Shown: in pieces, positions 11,659-26,734 of the stretch
Numbering within the stretch: the first letter of the stretch is position 1
Layout of the letters: each line of letters starts with the position of its first letter
Assembly: GCA_951406725.2 (NCBI GenBank)
Contig: OX597814.1
Span: forward strand, 89,838,001-89,902,000
DNA length: 64,000 bases
From: Octopus vulgaris
Taxonomy: Eukaryota
Direction: 5' to 3'
The notes under the pieces: model-generated
Told to the model about the DNA's origin: nothing
Databases searched by the model: none
The model's input: the letters and a program-made list of their open reading frames with translations, nothing else
Position numbers and translations under genes: made by a program

Positions 11659-12760
11659 ATTAATTGTTACATTCAGAAATTTTGGCAGAAGGTCAGCATG
11701 TCTAGGGGAGAGAGCAATTCGATTACATCGACCATAGTATTCAAATGGTACTTATTTTATCCACTCCGAAATGCTGGAAGGCAAATCCAGCCTCGGCAGA
11801 ATTTGAACACAGAATCAATTATCATCTTAATAACTCGTTTTTCACTGTTGTTAACATTTCGATTAATCTGCAGTAGTAGTTATTGTTTCTACTGTTCCGT
11901 TGAAGTTTTCTTGCCCAACTGCAGATTCGGAATATTAATCTAAGAAAACTATTTCGGATAACGATTAATAAAAATTATTATGAAGCTTATGTATATTTCA
12001 GAATAATTATAAAATTACTCAATAGACATCTCATATTAACATTTCATTTCTAATCATTAATGCAAACTTTAAAACAGTATATTTGCCGTTCATAATAACT
12101 TTGTTGATTTGCTGTTATTAATACTTTGACTAAACAATAATCACATTAAAACTTTTTATTTCTTTGTTACTGTATCCTTTCTTTCTCGCAAATCCGTTTA
12201 TTCTTCGATTAACTAAATAGTAACGTTAATATTTTTGATATTTCGTTGTTTTAATCTCTCGTAGATTTAAACTATTTATCTGAATTCCAGTATTTGGATT
12301 ATACATCATCCACTAGTTACAATAATATGGAAGATTCTGCATCTAAAATAATCTTCAGGTTTTATTTCTTCATAGTGTCGTATGTATGTTTACGTTGAAT
12401 ACTTCGAATTATTTTGTGGAGAAATAAACATGATTGAAAGATGATAGTGACAAACAATAATAGATGAATCGACTGACCTTGGCAGGTGCAAAAAATCCTA
12501 TGTCTTCTAATTTTTACATCAGAGGCAAATGAAATTCTATGGACTAAGAAAATATACGGAATATAATATTCTATATGTCAATGGCAGAAATAGAGAGTAA
12601 ATAATAGAATTTACTCGTTTTTTTATGTTCTTATCTGACCCTAACTGCCAGCAATTAGAAAGTGAGGCAAGTGAAAACCGTGGGAATGAAGCAAGCAGCA
12701 AAAATCTCATGATATCAGTATTCAAGAGGAATATAGCTTGCATATATATAGAGCTATGTA

Positions 12761-14065
12761 CAGGATGTGATGGGTAAATTGTCACCATTTTATATTTTTA
12801 ATTTCGCGCGCGCGTGTTTGCTTTTATTTTGTCGAGTACACAGTATAGTAGGCTCAGTTGGGCACCGTATTTGAGAAAACAGGAACATGACGCAATTCAC
12901 TCTGCCAGAAATTTGGAAACGACATGGTGTACCGCTTGGTATTCGCACCGGAAACACTAGTACGAACATTTCAGAGAGTTTGGTTGTCAATATGAGGACA
13001 ATGCAGAAGATTCGAAAGGAGCTGGACGGGTCTAATGGTGATTACGAAGGTACGGCAACTCACAAAACTCATTCTAATCGTTCGTTCTGATAAAAAAATC
13101 TTGAAATTGTTGGGAAATCCAGGTCGTGATTGACAACAATCCCTCGAAGTCAATCAGGCCCATTGCCAGGAACATGGGTGTGACTGAGTTTCTTATCAGG
13201 CAGGTAGTGCATGAAGACATTTGGTATTCTTCATACAAGATGAGAGAGGGCCAATTTTTATCCCTAGCCATCAAAGACAAGAGGAAAGACCGCGCTACGA
13301 AGCTTTTGAACAAACTCAAGCATCTCCTCCAACCGAACATGCTTTGGTTTTCTGAGACGAGAAAATTTTTAGCCAGGATCAGATAGTGAACACACAGAAC
13401 AACGAAAATATGTACTAAGAGTTATAAAAATTAAATATCCAGCCAACGCCAATATCAGGGTGTTTGGTGTGATCACTAGTTATGCCTCCATTCATCTTCC
13501 TATACGGCCTCAGACTCGACACGGCGGCCTACATCAAGTACCTCAAGGAGGTAATGCTGCCATGTCAAGAGAGTGGCTGCTCGAAGACCCTATGTCTGGC
13601 TACAGGACTCTGCACCGTGCTATACAAGTAGAAGACTCTACTCATGGCTGTTAGACAATTTCTGCGATCATATCACCCCTAATATCTGGCTACCTAACTC
13701 CCCAGACTACAACCCTTTTTTTATAATAATATAACTGAATTATTATAATAATACAACCCCATTATTATGTGTGGGGCACAGATGAGCGAGAGATCAACAA
13801 AATTCCATGTGACACCAAAGATGAACAGAAGGGGAGGATTATGGCAGCATTCGCCAACTTAAACAAGGATACCATCCAGAAGAGTTGCAGGAGATTCCGA
13901 AGTCGTCTCCATGCTGTAGCTGAAGCCAATGGCGATTTTATTGAATAAACTTACTCTTTAGTATTTCAAGATATCTTTATGTAATGTTGGTAAATATACC
14001 TGTTAAATGAGATGTCAGTGTTATTTTCATATTTGCGTAGTTTAGACGACAATCTATTCACTGCA

Positions 14066-14068
<3 letters not shown>
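12761..14068 (+). mobile_element. Decayed Tc1/mariner-superfamily element (maT/DD37D-like)
   Basis: Degenerate TIRs flanked by TA. Transposase remnants: DNNPSKSIRPIARNMGV, MLWFSE and WLPNSPDYNP...YVWG. Confidence 0.8.
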
Positions 14069-14101
<33 letters not shown>

Positions 14102-14102
<1 letters not shown>

Positions 14103-15297
14103 GAGATGCATTCCAGAAGATTTGAGGTGGTTTTAGGATAGGCAGGTTATTGTAATTTTAGTATGTCATTATTATACATCTAATTGTTAGTGAGCTACCA
14201 ACTTGTTATTCTAGATTGAAGAAAACGGCCGCAAGAGCACTTTAAACGCATCATTATAAACATTGCATGTCACAATATGTAGTCGGGCCGTGAAAATAAT
14301 TTTGAAACTCACTATACCATAAAGTTTACTATTAAATTGGGCAAAAACCATACAGAAACATATGAAATGATCAAGACTCTATTTTTCTCTGACACAATGT
14401 GATCAAGAAAAGTAGAGAGAAGATGAGAGACGATAAGAAGTGTGAGAGGGAGAGGGGATCAGAACATCAGAACTAGTAAAAAAAATTCATTATTGTCTGG
14501 ATGAAGACTTACGTTTTGAAAACAATAAGGATATAGTATGGAGTTGACTCGGCAACTGTACACAGAATTATTCATGATAATTCAAATTTGTGTAAAGTGT
14601 GCTCATTGAAAAACTGAAGGAAAGACGGGATGGCGACAGCAGGGAGATGGTCGAGATCATTAACTCCATTTCAACCGTACTTATATCTCTAGCGATCTGT
14701 GATGAAGGCTGGATCTATTTATGATCCACAAACCAGGAGACTGAATGTCCAGTGGAAGTATTTTTGTTACCCCACATCCGAGAAGGTCTAGCAAAGCAGG
14801 TTCATCGAGAGACTCATGATGCTTACCTTTTTCGACAGGGCTACCTCTAGCCAGAATATCAACATAGAGTACTTTGGGGAGGTTTAGAAGAACTTCAGGA
14901 AGAGATTTCGTCACGAAAGGCCAGAGCTCTTCAATTCATGTCAGTGGCACCTGCACCAAGACAATGCAACAGTTCCTAGTTCCATCCTGGTAACCAATTG
15001 TCTGACAGAGATAAACATTTCCTCACCCTCCGTACAGTTGATACATTGCTTGCCGTGACTATTGGTTGTTTCTCAAGCTGAAAGAGAGGTCCAGGGGCAG
15101 TCATTTTGAAGACATTAAAAAAATGAAGGAGGTTGCAGCAAGAGTCCCGGACACCACGGGGCCGTCATGAAGTTGTTATAGCATTACAAGTTCATTAAAC
15201 TCAGAGCATCCTAGCTTGAAGGAGACTAAAGTCTTGTACTTTTGGGGAGAATTAATGTCTCCTGAAAAACAGTTTTAAAATTTCTGGAACGCAACTG
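14102..15297 (+). mobile_element. Decayed mariner element
   Basis: TIR-like ends (GCATTCCAGAAGATTT / AAATTTCTGGAACGC). Remnants IKLGKNHTETYEMIK, ICDEGWIY, WHLHQDNA, PHPPYS, DYWLFLKLKE. Confidence 0.8.
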
Positions 15298-15299
15298 TA

Positions 15300-15530
15300 C
15301 CATCCAGTTCTCCGCATTATTGTAGCTGCTGAATGATGCTACCCCACTGGATATAGAGACGGGCGAATATTCCCCTTGAACGGAACGCCAGTCCGTCGTA
15401 TAATTAACATTTACAGCTGAGTTGACTGGAGCAAATTGAAATGAAGTGTTTTGCTCCAGATACAAGACACGGTTTAGGGATCTAAACCGAGATCGTGCGA
15501 TCGTAAGTGCAACACTCTAACCCCAAGGCA
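15300..15530 (-). mobile_element. Old tRNA-derived CORE-like SINE
   Basis: Minus strand has a tRNA-like head followed by GAGCAAAACACTTCATTTCAATTTGCTCCAGTCAACTCAGCTGTAAATG; related to 54175-54487. Confidence 0.55.
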
Positions 15531-15741
15531 ATACATTTTCAAACACACACACACACGCATTCACGCACACACACAGACATGCACACACAATACACACACA
15601 TACACGCACATACATACACGCACACACACAAGTACGCACACACACACAGGCACGCGCACACACACAGAAACAGGCACGCATATCTATCTATCTATCTCTC
15701 TCTCTCTCTCTCTTTCTCTCTGTCTGTCTGTATGACTCTCT

Positions 15742-15800
<59 letters not shown>

Positions 15801-16885
15801 CATACACGTGCATAGAAATGCAGAAGTTATATATTATGATGAGAATATTTAAGGTGAATTGTCTGGGAATCTAGAGCTTATAAATTGCCTTATAAATTGA
15901 AACTGATAACTGTAATTGCAGGTGCATGCGGATATGTCAGGAAATGTTTTTGGTATGAATTTCAAAATGCTATAGTTTCCTGAAAAAAATCTACCAAATA
16001 CGAATGTTGCAAATGCAGCATGCAAGCAGAACAGTAAGACCTTTCAATGTGCAACACGTAACCCTAATTATGTTTGTTATCCTAATTCTAGCAACGTAAT
16101 ATTGTTCCTTTGTCAGAAAAAAGCTCCTTCTTTGTAAGAGAATTTATTAGGAAAAATTCCGGAAAGATATCAACAGGCATACATACATAGACACACACAT
16201 AACACGCACACATATAATACGTACCTAAACACACACAAACACACAGATATATAACACGTGCAGTGTATATGCAGCTATTATTTAGGAGGGTACAAATGTA
16301 TAATAGTATGCGTAGCATAAGAGGCAATAAGATGTAATAAAATAAAAATCGATACAGAAGAGAAACCAAGATATCATTAAATTATATTAGATTGGAGATA
16401 AAAAAAATGCGATACAAAAATTATGTTATTGAGGGAAGACATGTTGGGCAGCAATTTTGAAGAGAGACGGTAAGACAGGCTGAAAGTAAGACAAAGGGAA
16501 AGAAATAAAGGAAATAAAGTAAAGAAGCAATAAATCAATAAATGCAACCTAATCACACACCCACACAAAAACACACACTCAATACTCACATGTATATATA
16601 CGCACAGAGGCATGTGTATGCACACACATAAGCGCACACACATATATATGCACATATACACTAGTCTTCCTCTCTCTAGTTATGTATATATATATATATA
16701 TATAGATATACATATATTGGTATATAGTCGCATAAATTTAGGTCTATACATATATATCTAAATGCCTATGAAAAATGTATATATATATGTATATACATAC
16801 ATATATGCGTAGAACATGCATATGTATGTATAGATATACATACACATGTATATATGTACATATATATAAGTATATATGTGTGTAT

Positions 16886-16988
<103 letters not shown>

Positions 16989-17380
16989 GAAACAAATACT
17001 TTTAAATTTCTGAGCGAGAAATGAGTACTAACAGGACTACTAAAGTCTATTTGCCAACGTAAAGTGGTATTCCTTATTAAGACGATGTTACTACCTTTTT
17101 TTTTTTAGCCTCAGGAAAAAATTTATTCCAGCTGACTATCGACGCACAACTGCATTCTTATACCTCGAACAAGTGAGCAAAATCACCACTCAGCCTTAAA
17201 TGGTACCTGCGGATCAATGGTTTCTAGTTTATTTTCCTTCATGTGCACACGATAACCGTTGGCTACAAAAAGTAGTAACACTCCTAATCAGGACTGCCAC
17301 TTTACGTTGGCAAATACACTTTACTATATTTATATATATATATATATGTAAATATGAAGATATGTTTGTGTGTGTAAATA

Positions 17381-17418
<38 letters not shown>

Positions 17419-17821
17419 ATGTATGTGTGTAGGCATATACATATGTATGTTTGCATATATGTGTGCGTGTATTTAATTGTGTGTATTTGTGTTTTGAACT
17501 ATATATTTTAAATTTTTTAAAAATCAATTTAGATACCTCTAAAGCTACTGTCCATTATATAGAACATGACTATTAATGACGATATTTTATTATTCACAAA
17601 GCATCTATCTTACACAACTCCTACCTAATACACACAATATGAAGAGATTTTCGAATAAAATATATATAAAAGCATTTCTTCAAAAATATATTTTTGTCCT
17701 TATATACAATAAAATATTAAAATATTCTAATTTAAAGTTAGTTTGCGCTTCATGAAATTTATATATCCAAATAACAACAACTGGAATACATTTACTTCTA
17801 GTTTTAAATATAAGTAAACTG

Positions 17822-17871
<50 letters not shown>

Positions 17872-18074
17872 TTATAATTTAAGGCATCTAAGAGATACCG
17901 CCAACTAGAAATAGCAGCCAAAAGCTGACTGTAAAACCACATTCATGTAGCACCAGGTGAGAAGAGAGAAAAAACAAAATAAACTAGCAAAAAATTACTG
18001 GATAATTCCAGTTCCTGGATTTGTATAAGAAATGCTTTACCTCTTCAGTGGAATATATACAGAAAGTAACATAA

Positions 18075-18120
<46 letters not shown>

Positions 18121-18174
18121 TGTACGAATACATACAAATACGAATATATACATATAAGATACGAATACTTCTGT

Positions 18175-18219
<45 letters not shown>

Positions 18220-18953
18220 ATCCAGAAGCATTCGTTCGGAAAACTATCTTGTTTCCTCTCCGGCTCTTCAAAAAGTACAGGTTATACCGGGTGTATATAT
18301 TCATTCTCTGAGTTCTCTTTCCGTTCTTTATTCTGAGTGGCCAGACGTGTAATCCCTTGAAATACAGACACACACGTACACACACACACACACACACACA
18401 CACGCACGCACGCACACACACACACACACACACTAAAGGGAGCGGGCGCACACACACATTATAGATGAATAACAAAGAATGTACTGTTTCCTGGAAATTA
18501 CTGAAAATAGCCCACTGCTTTCGGTATTCATTTGCATACAGTGAAACGATAGTATGGTCTAACGAATGACCCTTCGTTAGACCATCTTGATGAACAATAT
18601 CATACACCATTGATGGTAGATAGGGATTACACGATATGTTAATCATATCATCTCTCCAATCTTCTACGGATGTAACGCTGTGTAGAAAAATCTATTGATT
18701 TTAAATAAGGAATGTTGTTCAATCCATTTTCTAGTTTGCATCTATTTATATAAACTTGACAAATATTATGAAATTTCTGATGTATATCCAGTAACAAAAG
18801 CTTCACTCTATGGTGACAACTCTGCATAGCATGCTACAAAGTTTTTACCAAAATATCAATTAACTACATGACAGTTAAGACAGTCAGGAAGCATAAGCCG
18901 CATATAAATTTATATACATGTATACACACACATATGCACATATACATGTATAA

Positions 18954-18990
<37 letters not shown>

Positions 18991-19831
18991 TATATGTGTG
19001 TATGTATATATATATATATGTAAGTATATGAATATATGTATATATATTCCGCACACATATATATGTTTGGATTTGTATGTGTGTATAGATGTATACAAAT
19101 TTATATGTGGCTTCTGGAGTATGTCTTTACGACATAGTAAACAGCGGCGAGCGGTCGTGCGATCACAAAGCCGGAGATAATGCAAAAAAACCCCCCAAAA
19201 AATGAAAGAAATAAACAAAAACTAAAAAAATAAAATCTATGAAAGAAGACACCAATGAAATGATGCAATCAAATTTCGAATCAGTTATGGAGCCCCGCTC
19301 AGAGCACCACAAACAACATAAAAAAAAGAAAATGACAAATACAGATAAAGCTGATGGTGATATAAAAAGTGTAATTATAAATATATGTCTGTCTAAATGC
19401 GTCCATGTTTTAAGCTGTGTTAGATATATCTACAAGTTACAAACAGAAAATGTGTTATTACACAAAAATATGTATAACTGTATTTGTCCATTCATCAGTT
19501 GAAAAGCATAACGTACTTTCATTTATAGACGCACATCAGCACGTCCACAAAACACGCACACATATACATACATGGACATACATAGACACATGCTCACATA
19601 CATATGTATGTATAGAGAGAAGCCTTTCATACGTGCACAGTTAACTACAAAATTGATTTAATTAGGCGAATGTAATAATTAAATTACATTGTACTTCTAG
19701 ATATATGTATTCATGAATGTGTGTACACAGACTCACACACACACACACATATGCACTTATGTATGTATGTATGTATGTATGTATGTATGTATGTATGTAT
19801 GTATGTATGTATGTATATATATATATATATA

Positions 19832-20210
19832 TCTCTCTATATATAAACGGCAGTTTGTCTGTGCGTTTTCTGTGTGTCTGTTTTCTCATACCCTCACTCT
19901 GACCACGGCTTTCAACCGATTCTGATGAAACTTGACACACACATAGCCCAATGTCATAATTCAAAACTAACGCAGCGAAAATTTTGAAGAGTTCCCCCAG
20001 TTCTGAAAAAAACGATAAATTCGACATGGGGTCGAGAATCAGAAACCCAAACCACAGCCCGTCTAGGGGACGCAACTCCACCTTTTTTAACTCTCAAAAA
20101 ATTTACCATCATTTTTTTCCATTTTTTGCTATTTTTTGGCTATAACTCTCTAAAAATGCTTTATAGTTATTTCCCTTACAAACCTGAGCAACGCCGGGCG
20201 ATACTGCTAG
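19832..20210 (+). mobile_element. Non-autonomous Helitron inserted in (TA)n
   Basis: 5' TCTCTCTATATATAAA; 3' CCTGAGCAACGCCGGGCGATACTGCTAG; 3' region shared with 6732-7103. Confidence 0.75.
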
Positions 20211-22019
20211 TATATATATATATAGGAAAAACAGGCTTTCGTTGAAAGGATTTTCTTTACATTGTGAGTTGTGAAAAAATATAATAAAAAGAGGAAATGC
20301 ATATATATGTATATATATATATATATGTCCATCCATCCATCCATCCATTCAGCCAGCCAGCCAGCCACACACACACCCACCCACACATATATATATATGG
20401 AAAATAAGACAAGGTAGAAATAAATATTTTTATCATGAAATACATTTTGTGACGGTTAGTACTGTTCTCAGTCTTTTCGATTTATTCAATTAAGCGTAAA
20501 ACAAAGGTGGATACTAATCAAGAAAAAAAGAAATTAATTTGAAGAAAAAAATTAAATGAAATGTTTTGCAAATATTTTTCTTTTTTTCTATCTCCCTCTC
20601 TTTTCCTTTGTGAAGCCTCGATAGGAAATAGATCTGATAAAATAGCGTTTATGTGTGCAGAGAAATATTTGGTTCTGAAGTTTGATGATCTAAGCAGGCT
20701 GCAAGTATGCTGCGCATGCAAGACTCCAGGAGTTCCAACAAAACCTGAGATAAAAAGAAATAAAGATGATGATGATGATGAAGATATTTGTTATTGACTA
20801 CAATGGTCCGGGTCATTGAGGAGAATAACAACAATTGTTTCTGTCATAGGCACAAATATTTGGTGAGGGTCGGGAAAATTGTTTATCGATTCAATGGACC
20901 ACAGTACTTGATACTTTATTTTATCGAATTACAGAGAAACCTAATTCAACTATTTTACCTTCACTGCTCAGCATATATTTTGTTATAACAATCAATTTGA
21001 TTACCTGAACATCGGCTGACGAGCATACTTGTCAACATTCAAATCCATACTAGTTATCGATGTTTAGCAGAATCTATGGCTTTTAAACACTCACTACATT
21101 CTATAACTGTTTTGTTCGATTACTTTCAACAGATTCAACAGATTTAGCCGCAACCATTCAACAGATTTAGCCGCAACCACATCTCCTCGTATTATGTTTA
21201 AGTTTTTCATTTCTATATAAGTTTTTGAATTATTTTAAACTTATACTTCGATGCATGGAATCTTACAGTCACCCCTTGATAATTGTTTCATTCAAGAAAC
21301 AAAAATGGCTAAGATCTTTGATCATAGTATCATTAGTGGTAATTGAAATTTGCTTTTGTTGAATGATCTTTCAATCAAAGTTTTAATAGATTCTCCATTT
21401 TAACCATTAATCAACTTCCATTATTTAGAAGCCGCGTTACCTTGAGCAAATTCATCATTAATTTAGTCCAAAATATTTGTATTGTTGACTCATTAAAAAA
21501 GTCAAAATCATCCAATCGTAATTTCTGCTGCAATCACCATCAAACATTAATAATTACAAGTTTAGTGTTTAAAGTAATAAATTTTCTTCTTTCATTACGT
21601 TGTATCGCAGTATGTAAGAGTAGTATTACTCCTACATACTGCAAATAGTTAGCAAGTTTGCGTCGCAACTACAGTGTTCCAGATTTGATGCTGCTGCGCG
21701 GCATCTTGGGCCTGTGTAATTTTCCATGGCTTCGAATCGACCCATAACTGTTAAGTAAAGAATCGCGTTTGTAGAATTCTGCTTGTTATTCAAAAGCAAT
21801 AGCCTTCTCACACGGTGTGTCATGCTTATTTTGCTATAGAATTGCATAAAAATTGCACGCTTCTGTGGTATTCCCAGCCTTCTACATCCTAATTCCTGAG
21901 CTGGTAATTCAGTCAACTGAACACCTAAATCCTTATTGTTAGAAGACAGGAATACATAACCACCATCAACACCAAAATCAATAGCACGATTACCATCGCC
22001 GCCATCATTACCTCAACAT

Positions 22020-22520
22020 TCAATTTTAGAGATGCTTACTTAATGGAATCTTACGCAATTCCTCTTGTCGGATATGTTGACGGTGGTTTCTTGCAGGTTG
22101 GCAGAAGGAATTATTTGTTTCGCCAATCTTATTTTCTTTGCAGTTTGGGCAGGTAATGCAGCATATGAGGTTTTGCGTTTTGCAGTTCATATCTGCATTT
22201 ATTTTGAAATTGGATCCGCTCTTGAATTTTATGTGGGAACCATTTTCTAATTATTTAAAATTGTTGTTGATGCATGTTCCACATCTCCTATCACCACATT
22301 CTTTTACTAAGAATTCTGATTCATTCTCCGATTTGAATTCTGCTCTTGTGAGGTGTTTTTAAAGAGTTTTTGGTTGGCATCTACTCTTCTGTAAGGTGTT
22401 TTTTTCAATCAGATTTTTCAATTTGGGGTTTTGTAAGATTATTGATAAGTTCGCTTTTATGGCATGAAAGATGTTCGTTATTCCAGGAATGTGTGTGTTA
22501 AGGAACGGAATCGTATTTTA
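22020..22520 (-). pseudogene. PLE C-terminal fragment: Cys-rich linker and GIY-YIG endonuclease
   Basis: Minus-strand KSRCQPKTL*KHLTRAEF...KECGDRRCGTC...MNCKTQNLICCITCPNCKENKIGET...HRQHIRQEELRKIPLSKHL. Confidence 0.85.
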
Positions 22521-22544
22521 ATTAACTTTTTTTCCTTAGGTGTC

Positions 22545-23100
22545 CGTAATAATTCCCTCTACCAACGTGCAAGAATCCACAGGCAACATATCCGACAAGA
22601 GGTATTGCGCAAAATTCCATTAAATAAGCATCTGGAAATATGCAGCGACAGAAAATTCAAATTGTTTCTCTTTTACAAATGTGCACGGGACGATCGGCAA
22701 TACCGAAAAGCAATGGAACTACATTTCATGAAAAAATTCTCTCCAAAACTGAATGTTTGAAAGAAAAGTGGAGACAGTACATTTTGTATTCTAAATATAA
22801 CTCAAATATTGGAAACATAATGCTCAGCTCTATAAGTATTCAGAACTACATGTCATCAAAACATTCTCTCCAAAATTGAATGTTTGAAAGAAAGCGGAGA
22901 AAGAACAGTTTATATTCTAAATATAACTCAGAGGAGAAAAAGAAAGAAAGAGGGAAGAAGACGGAAAGAGGAGAAGGGGGAAAAAAAGAAAAAGGGGAAA
23001 AGAAAAGAAGGGAGGAAAAGAGAAAAACAGAGAGAAAGTAAAAAACTTTCAGTGATGACTACACCACACCTGTTTCATTTTCTTTTTTTCTTTTACTTGA
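22545..23100 (+). mobile_element. Inverted 3' end of the same PLE, with a short tandem duplication
   Basis: The ORF ending at 22760 reads NNSLYQRARIHRQHIRQEVLRKIPLNKHLEIC...[14 protein letters not shown], repeating the minus-strand GIY-YIG in opposite orientation. 22715-22805 is repeated at 22844-22930. Confidence 0.8.
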
Positions 23101-23776
23101 AGAGGTCATCATCCTTAAACCCATTTCAACACAATGGTAAATGACTAAATGCGTAAATGAACGGGGAATAGGAAGGGGATCCCCTTCCCCTCCTCTCTCT
23201 CCCTCTCCCTATCTATCAACCTACCTATCTTTCTACCTATCTCCATTGTCATGGAACCTCACCCCAAAAAGCAAAAACAATGTTCTCATTTATTCAACCC
23301 CGGCCCCCAAATATCTGTTTATTATAAATGAACAAGCTGTTTGTACATTCACAAAATTCTATTTGATAAATTCGAGAAACGAACGAAAGCGCTAATTAAT
23401 AATGAATAAATAAAAAGATTTTTTTCCAAAATTCTGGCGACCTTTATTCTCAGACTATATATAAATCATTTATAATGTATATAGTAAATTAGAAGGCCAA
23501 GAACAACACTAATGTAATATTTTGTCTCCGGCAAATTTCATTTAAGAGATATCGTGTATTAACAACAGAGTGTGATCTGAATGGTATCGGAGGTTCGTCG
23601 GGCACCTGTGTTTTAGCCTGATTACGTCTCCTCAGTGGCGAACAATCCTGGAATATTCCCCTACCTTACATTTCGGTGTATTAATCAGAAAACAAAACCT
23701 TCTCTGATTTGTACTGAAGATAACCAGGCTGAACTTGATTCAGGTTATACGATTGAAAGTTCATTAAATCAAAATA

Positions 23777-23837
<61 letters not shown>

Positions 23838-24049
23838 TTAAAATAAGTATGCAAGCGCAGAACAGTGCTAGCTGTAACTCGTTGCCTTGAAATAAATAAC
23901 TTGAGAGACTTTGTATGTAAAGAACTCATTGCTCGGTCAGAACCCATTATAATTATGTTTAAATATTGTTTGATTGACTTTACAAGCTTAATTTTCAGAA
24001 GCTAACTTGTTTTAATTGTTTTGACCCCCTTCAATCATAAATGACCATA

Positions 24050-24555
24050 GGATTCTACCTAGAAAGTTACCCCCCGAGGCAAGGTTGTTTATGGCAACCT
24101 AACAACCCGAAGTCCGGGCAAGGTTGTTTATGGAAGACCAGCAGTCGCCCACGCATACCAGCCTCCTCTCTCCACGCCACCGATGTTATCCAAGGGAAAG
24201 GCAAAGGTCGATACAGCTTGGCACCAGTAACGTTGCAGCTCATTTATTAACGTGCAAGTGACTGAGCACTCCAGAGACACGTGTACCCTTAATGTAGTTC
24301 TCGGGGAGATTCAGCGTTACACAGTGTGTGACAAGGCTGGCCCTTTGAAATACAAGCACAACAGAAACAGGAAGAAAGTGTGAGAGAAAGTTGTAGTGAA
24401 AGAGTACAGCAGGGTTCACCACTACCCCCTGCCGGAGTCTCGTGTAGCTTTAAGTGTTTTCGCTCAATAAACACTCACAATGCCCGGTTTGTGAATCGAA
24501 TCCACGATCCTACGACCGCGAATCCGTTGCCCTAACCACTGGGCCATTGCGCCTA
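24050..24555 (-). mobile_element. tRNA-derived SINE (possibly composite)
   Basis: Head AGGCGCAATGGCCCAGTGGTTAGGGC (A box) ... GGATTCGATTC (B box); body shares CCCTTAATGTAGTTCTCGGGGAGATT with the 54175-54487 element. Confidence 0.7.
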
Positions 24556-25155
24556 TACACTTGATTTAATATAGTCTGGATAACAGTGAACTGTATATTT
24601 AGCTACTTCGTGCCAATAAACATTGTGTATGCTTTTGTTTGTGTATATGTCTCTGTGTGTGTATGTGTGCATGTGTGTGTGTGTATGTGTTTTGTTGCCT
24701 AAGTCTTTCTGTTCCGCCTTATCGATTTGTTAAAAAATTTAAAAAGCGGAGACGTGAAAACCCCGTCGAAGTGATTAATAAACTGTGCGCCATTAAATGT
24801 ATAGAGACCAACCATCAGGAAATGTTACGTTATTGCCTACAAATGACTCAGCAATATGAAACAATACATACACACATGTACGTTGATGAAGGGTAACCTC
24901 GCTTTTTAATCATCAGATCTTAGGTTCGACCCCGCAGCATAGCATTTTAATGAAGCGTCTTTTCCCTCTCGAACGAAAAAGTGAATAAAAAAGCAGATAT
25001 ATAACTTTTCCAGGGTAACTGCGTTGACAAAACTCTGTGGAATCCCTGTTACATGTTATGATAATTTGGTGAAAAATTATTACATTAACGTTGCACGTGA
25101 CTATGGAATGCTCGGCCGTATGCATGTTCATTTATCGAATAGACAGTTTTATTCA

Positions 25156-25555
25156 AGGCGATGAGCTGGCAGAAACTTTAGCACGCCGGGCGAAATGCGT
25201 AGCCGTATTTCGTCTGCCGTTACGTTCTGAGTTCAAATTCCACCGAGGTCGACTTTGCCTTTCATCCTTTCGGGGTCGATTAAATAAGTACCAGTTATGC
25301 ACTGGGAGTCGATATAATCGACTTAATCCGTTTCTCTGTCCTTGTTTGTCCTCTCTGTGTTTAGCCCCTTGTGGGTAGTAAAGAAATAAAAATAGGTATT
25401 TCGTCTTTCTTTACGTTTTCAGTTTAAATTCCGCCGATGTCGACTTGCCTTTCATCCTTTCGGAATCGATAAATTAAGTATCAGTTGTGCACTGGGGGAT
25501 GATCTAATCGACATTACCCCTCCCCCAAAATTTCGGGCCTTATGCGTAGAGAAAA
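25156..25555 (+). mobile_element. Head-to-tail SINE dimer
   Basis: Full monomer ending GGGTAGTAAAGAAATA, followed by a 5'-truncated monomer starting GGTATTTCGTC. Confidence 0.8.
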
Positions 25556-25913
25556 GAAAGAATAGATAGTTTCTTCATCGAACAACTAAATGTTCATCGT
25601 TAGAACCATTTAGAGAACAATGTTCATACATACATTTTATATAAATGCTTTAATTTAATTTTCAATCACTTCAGATTCATCTAAAACTATTAACTTCAAA
25701 TGAATTACGATTATTATGCACAATATAATTCTATTAAATACAAAACATTGATACGCAGATTCAAACCTATCATACATCATATAAATAAAATTAAGATTAA
25801 AATATATAGATAAATATTCTTTTATTTTCGAAAATATATTTATAGTATCCTTATTATCTTAAATATTCTAATTTAACTTTCGTAGAAATTTTATTAAATA
25901 TATCTCCAACTTA

Positions 25914-25989
25914 AAAGAGCAAGAATACTTCTAGTTTCAATGTATACTTTGAAAGAGCAAGAATACTTATAGTTTCAATGTATACTTTG
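25914..25989. repeat. 38-bp tandem duplication
   Basis: AAAGAGCAAGAATACTT(C/A)TAGTTTCAATGTATACTTTG x2. Confidence 0.9.
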
Positions 25990-26231
25990 AAGTGGAGTAA
26001 GCAGTAATCGGACGGGATATAAAACAAAAATCTTTCTCACCGAATGATATCTATCGTTATTAGATATGAAAGAAGTGTAGAAATGAACTATAGCAGAGGA
26101 TGTGTATTTTCGGATCTTCAATCACCCCTACACAGTGCAATCACGATCGCGCGCGCACACACAGGCATAGACACACATTCACATATATATACACACATGT
26201 GTATGTATATATCTATATATTCATACTTGCA

Positions 26232-26339
<108 letters not shown>

Positions 26340-26593
26340 CACACGCAATAAACACAATATTTTTGCCTGACAAGAAACAGAACGTGTTCTCGTAGATGCA
26401 GACATATTTATGTCTGTTGCTTTTCAGTGGGAAGCTTCTGATCTAAAAACAAACACACTCATACGACTATTCTGACATATTCTTTCCATATGAACTGATT
26501 TAAAAATGACTTTTAGGCTTCAGATTTTGACGCTGACACACCCAATCTTCTCAATCTGTATATATATTTATATATATATAAAAACACAAATTA

Positions 26594-26638
<45 letters not shown>

Positions 26639-26684
26639 TATACATGCACACACACGCACTCACACACACATAAATAGATAGATA

Positions 26685-26734
<50 letters not shown>

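Noticed and set aside
12620-12672. Branch point plus acceptor (CCCTAAC..CAG) and a 15-nt candidate microexon with GC donor
   Set aside because: No partner exons or homology visible; such motifs arise by chance in 64 kb.
24480-24555. tRNA gene
   Set aside because: A and B boxes are present but the cloverleaf is decayed and it continues into a SINE body; the same holds for the other SINE heads.
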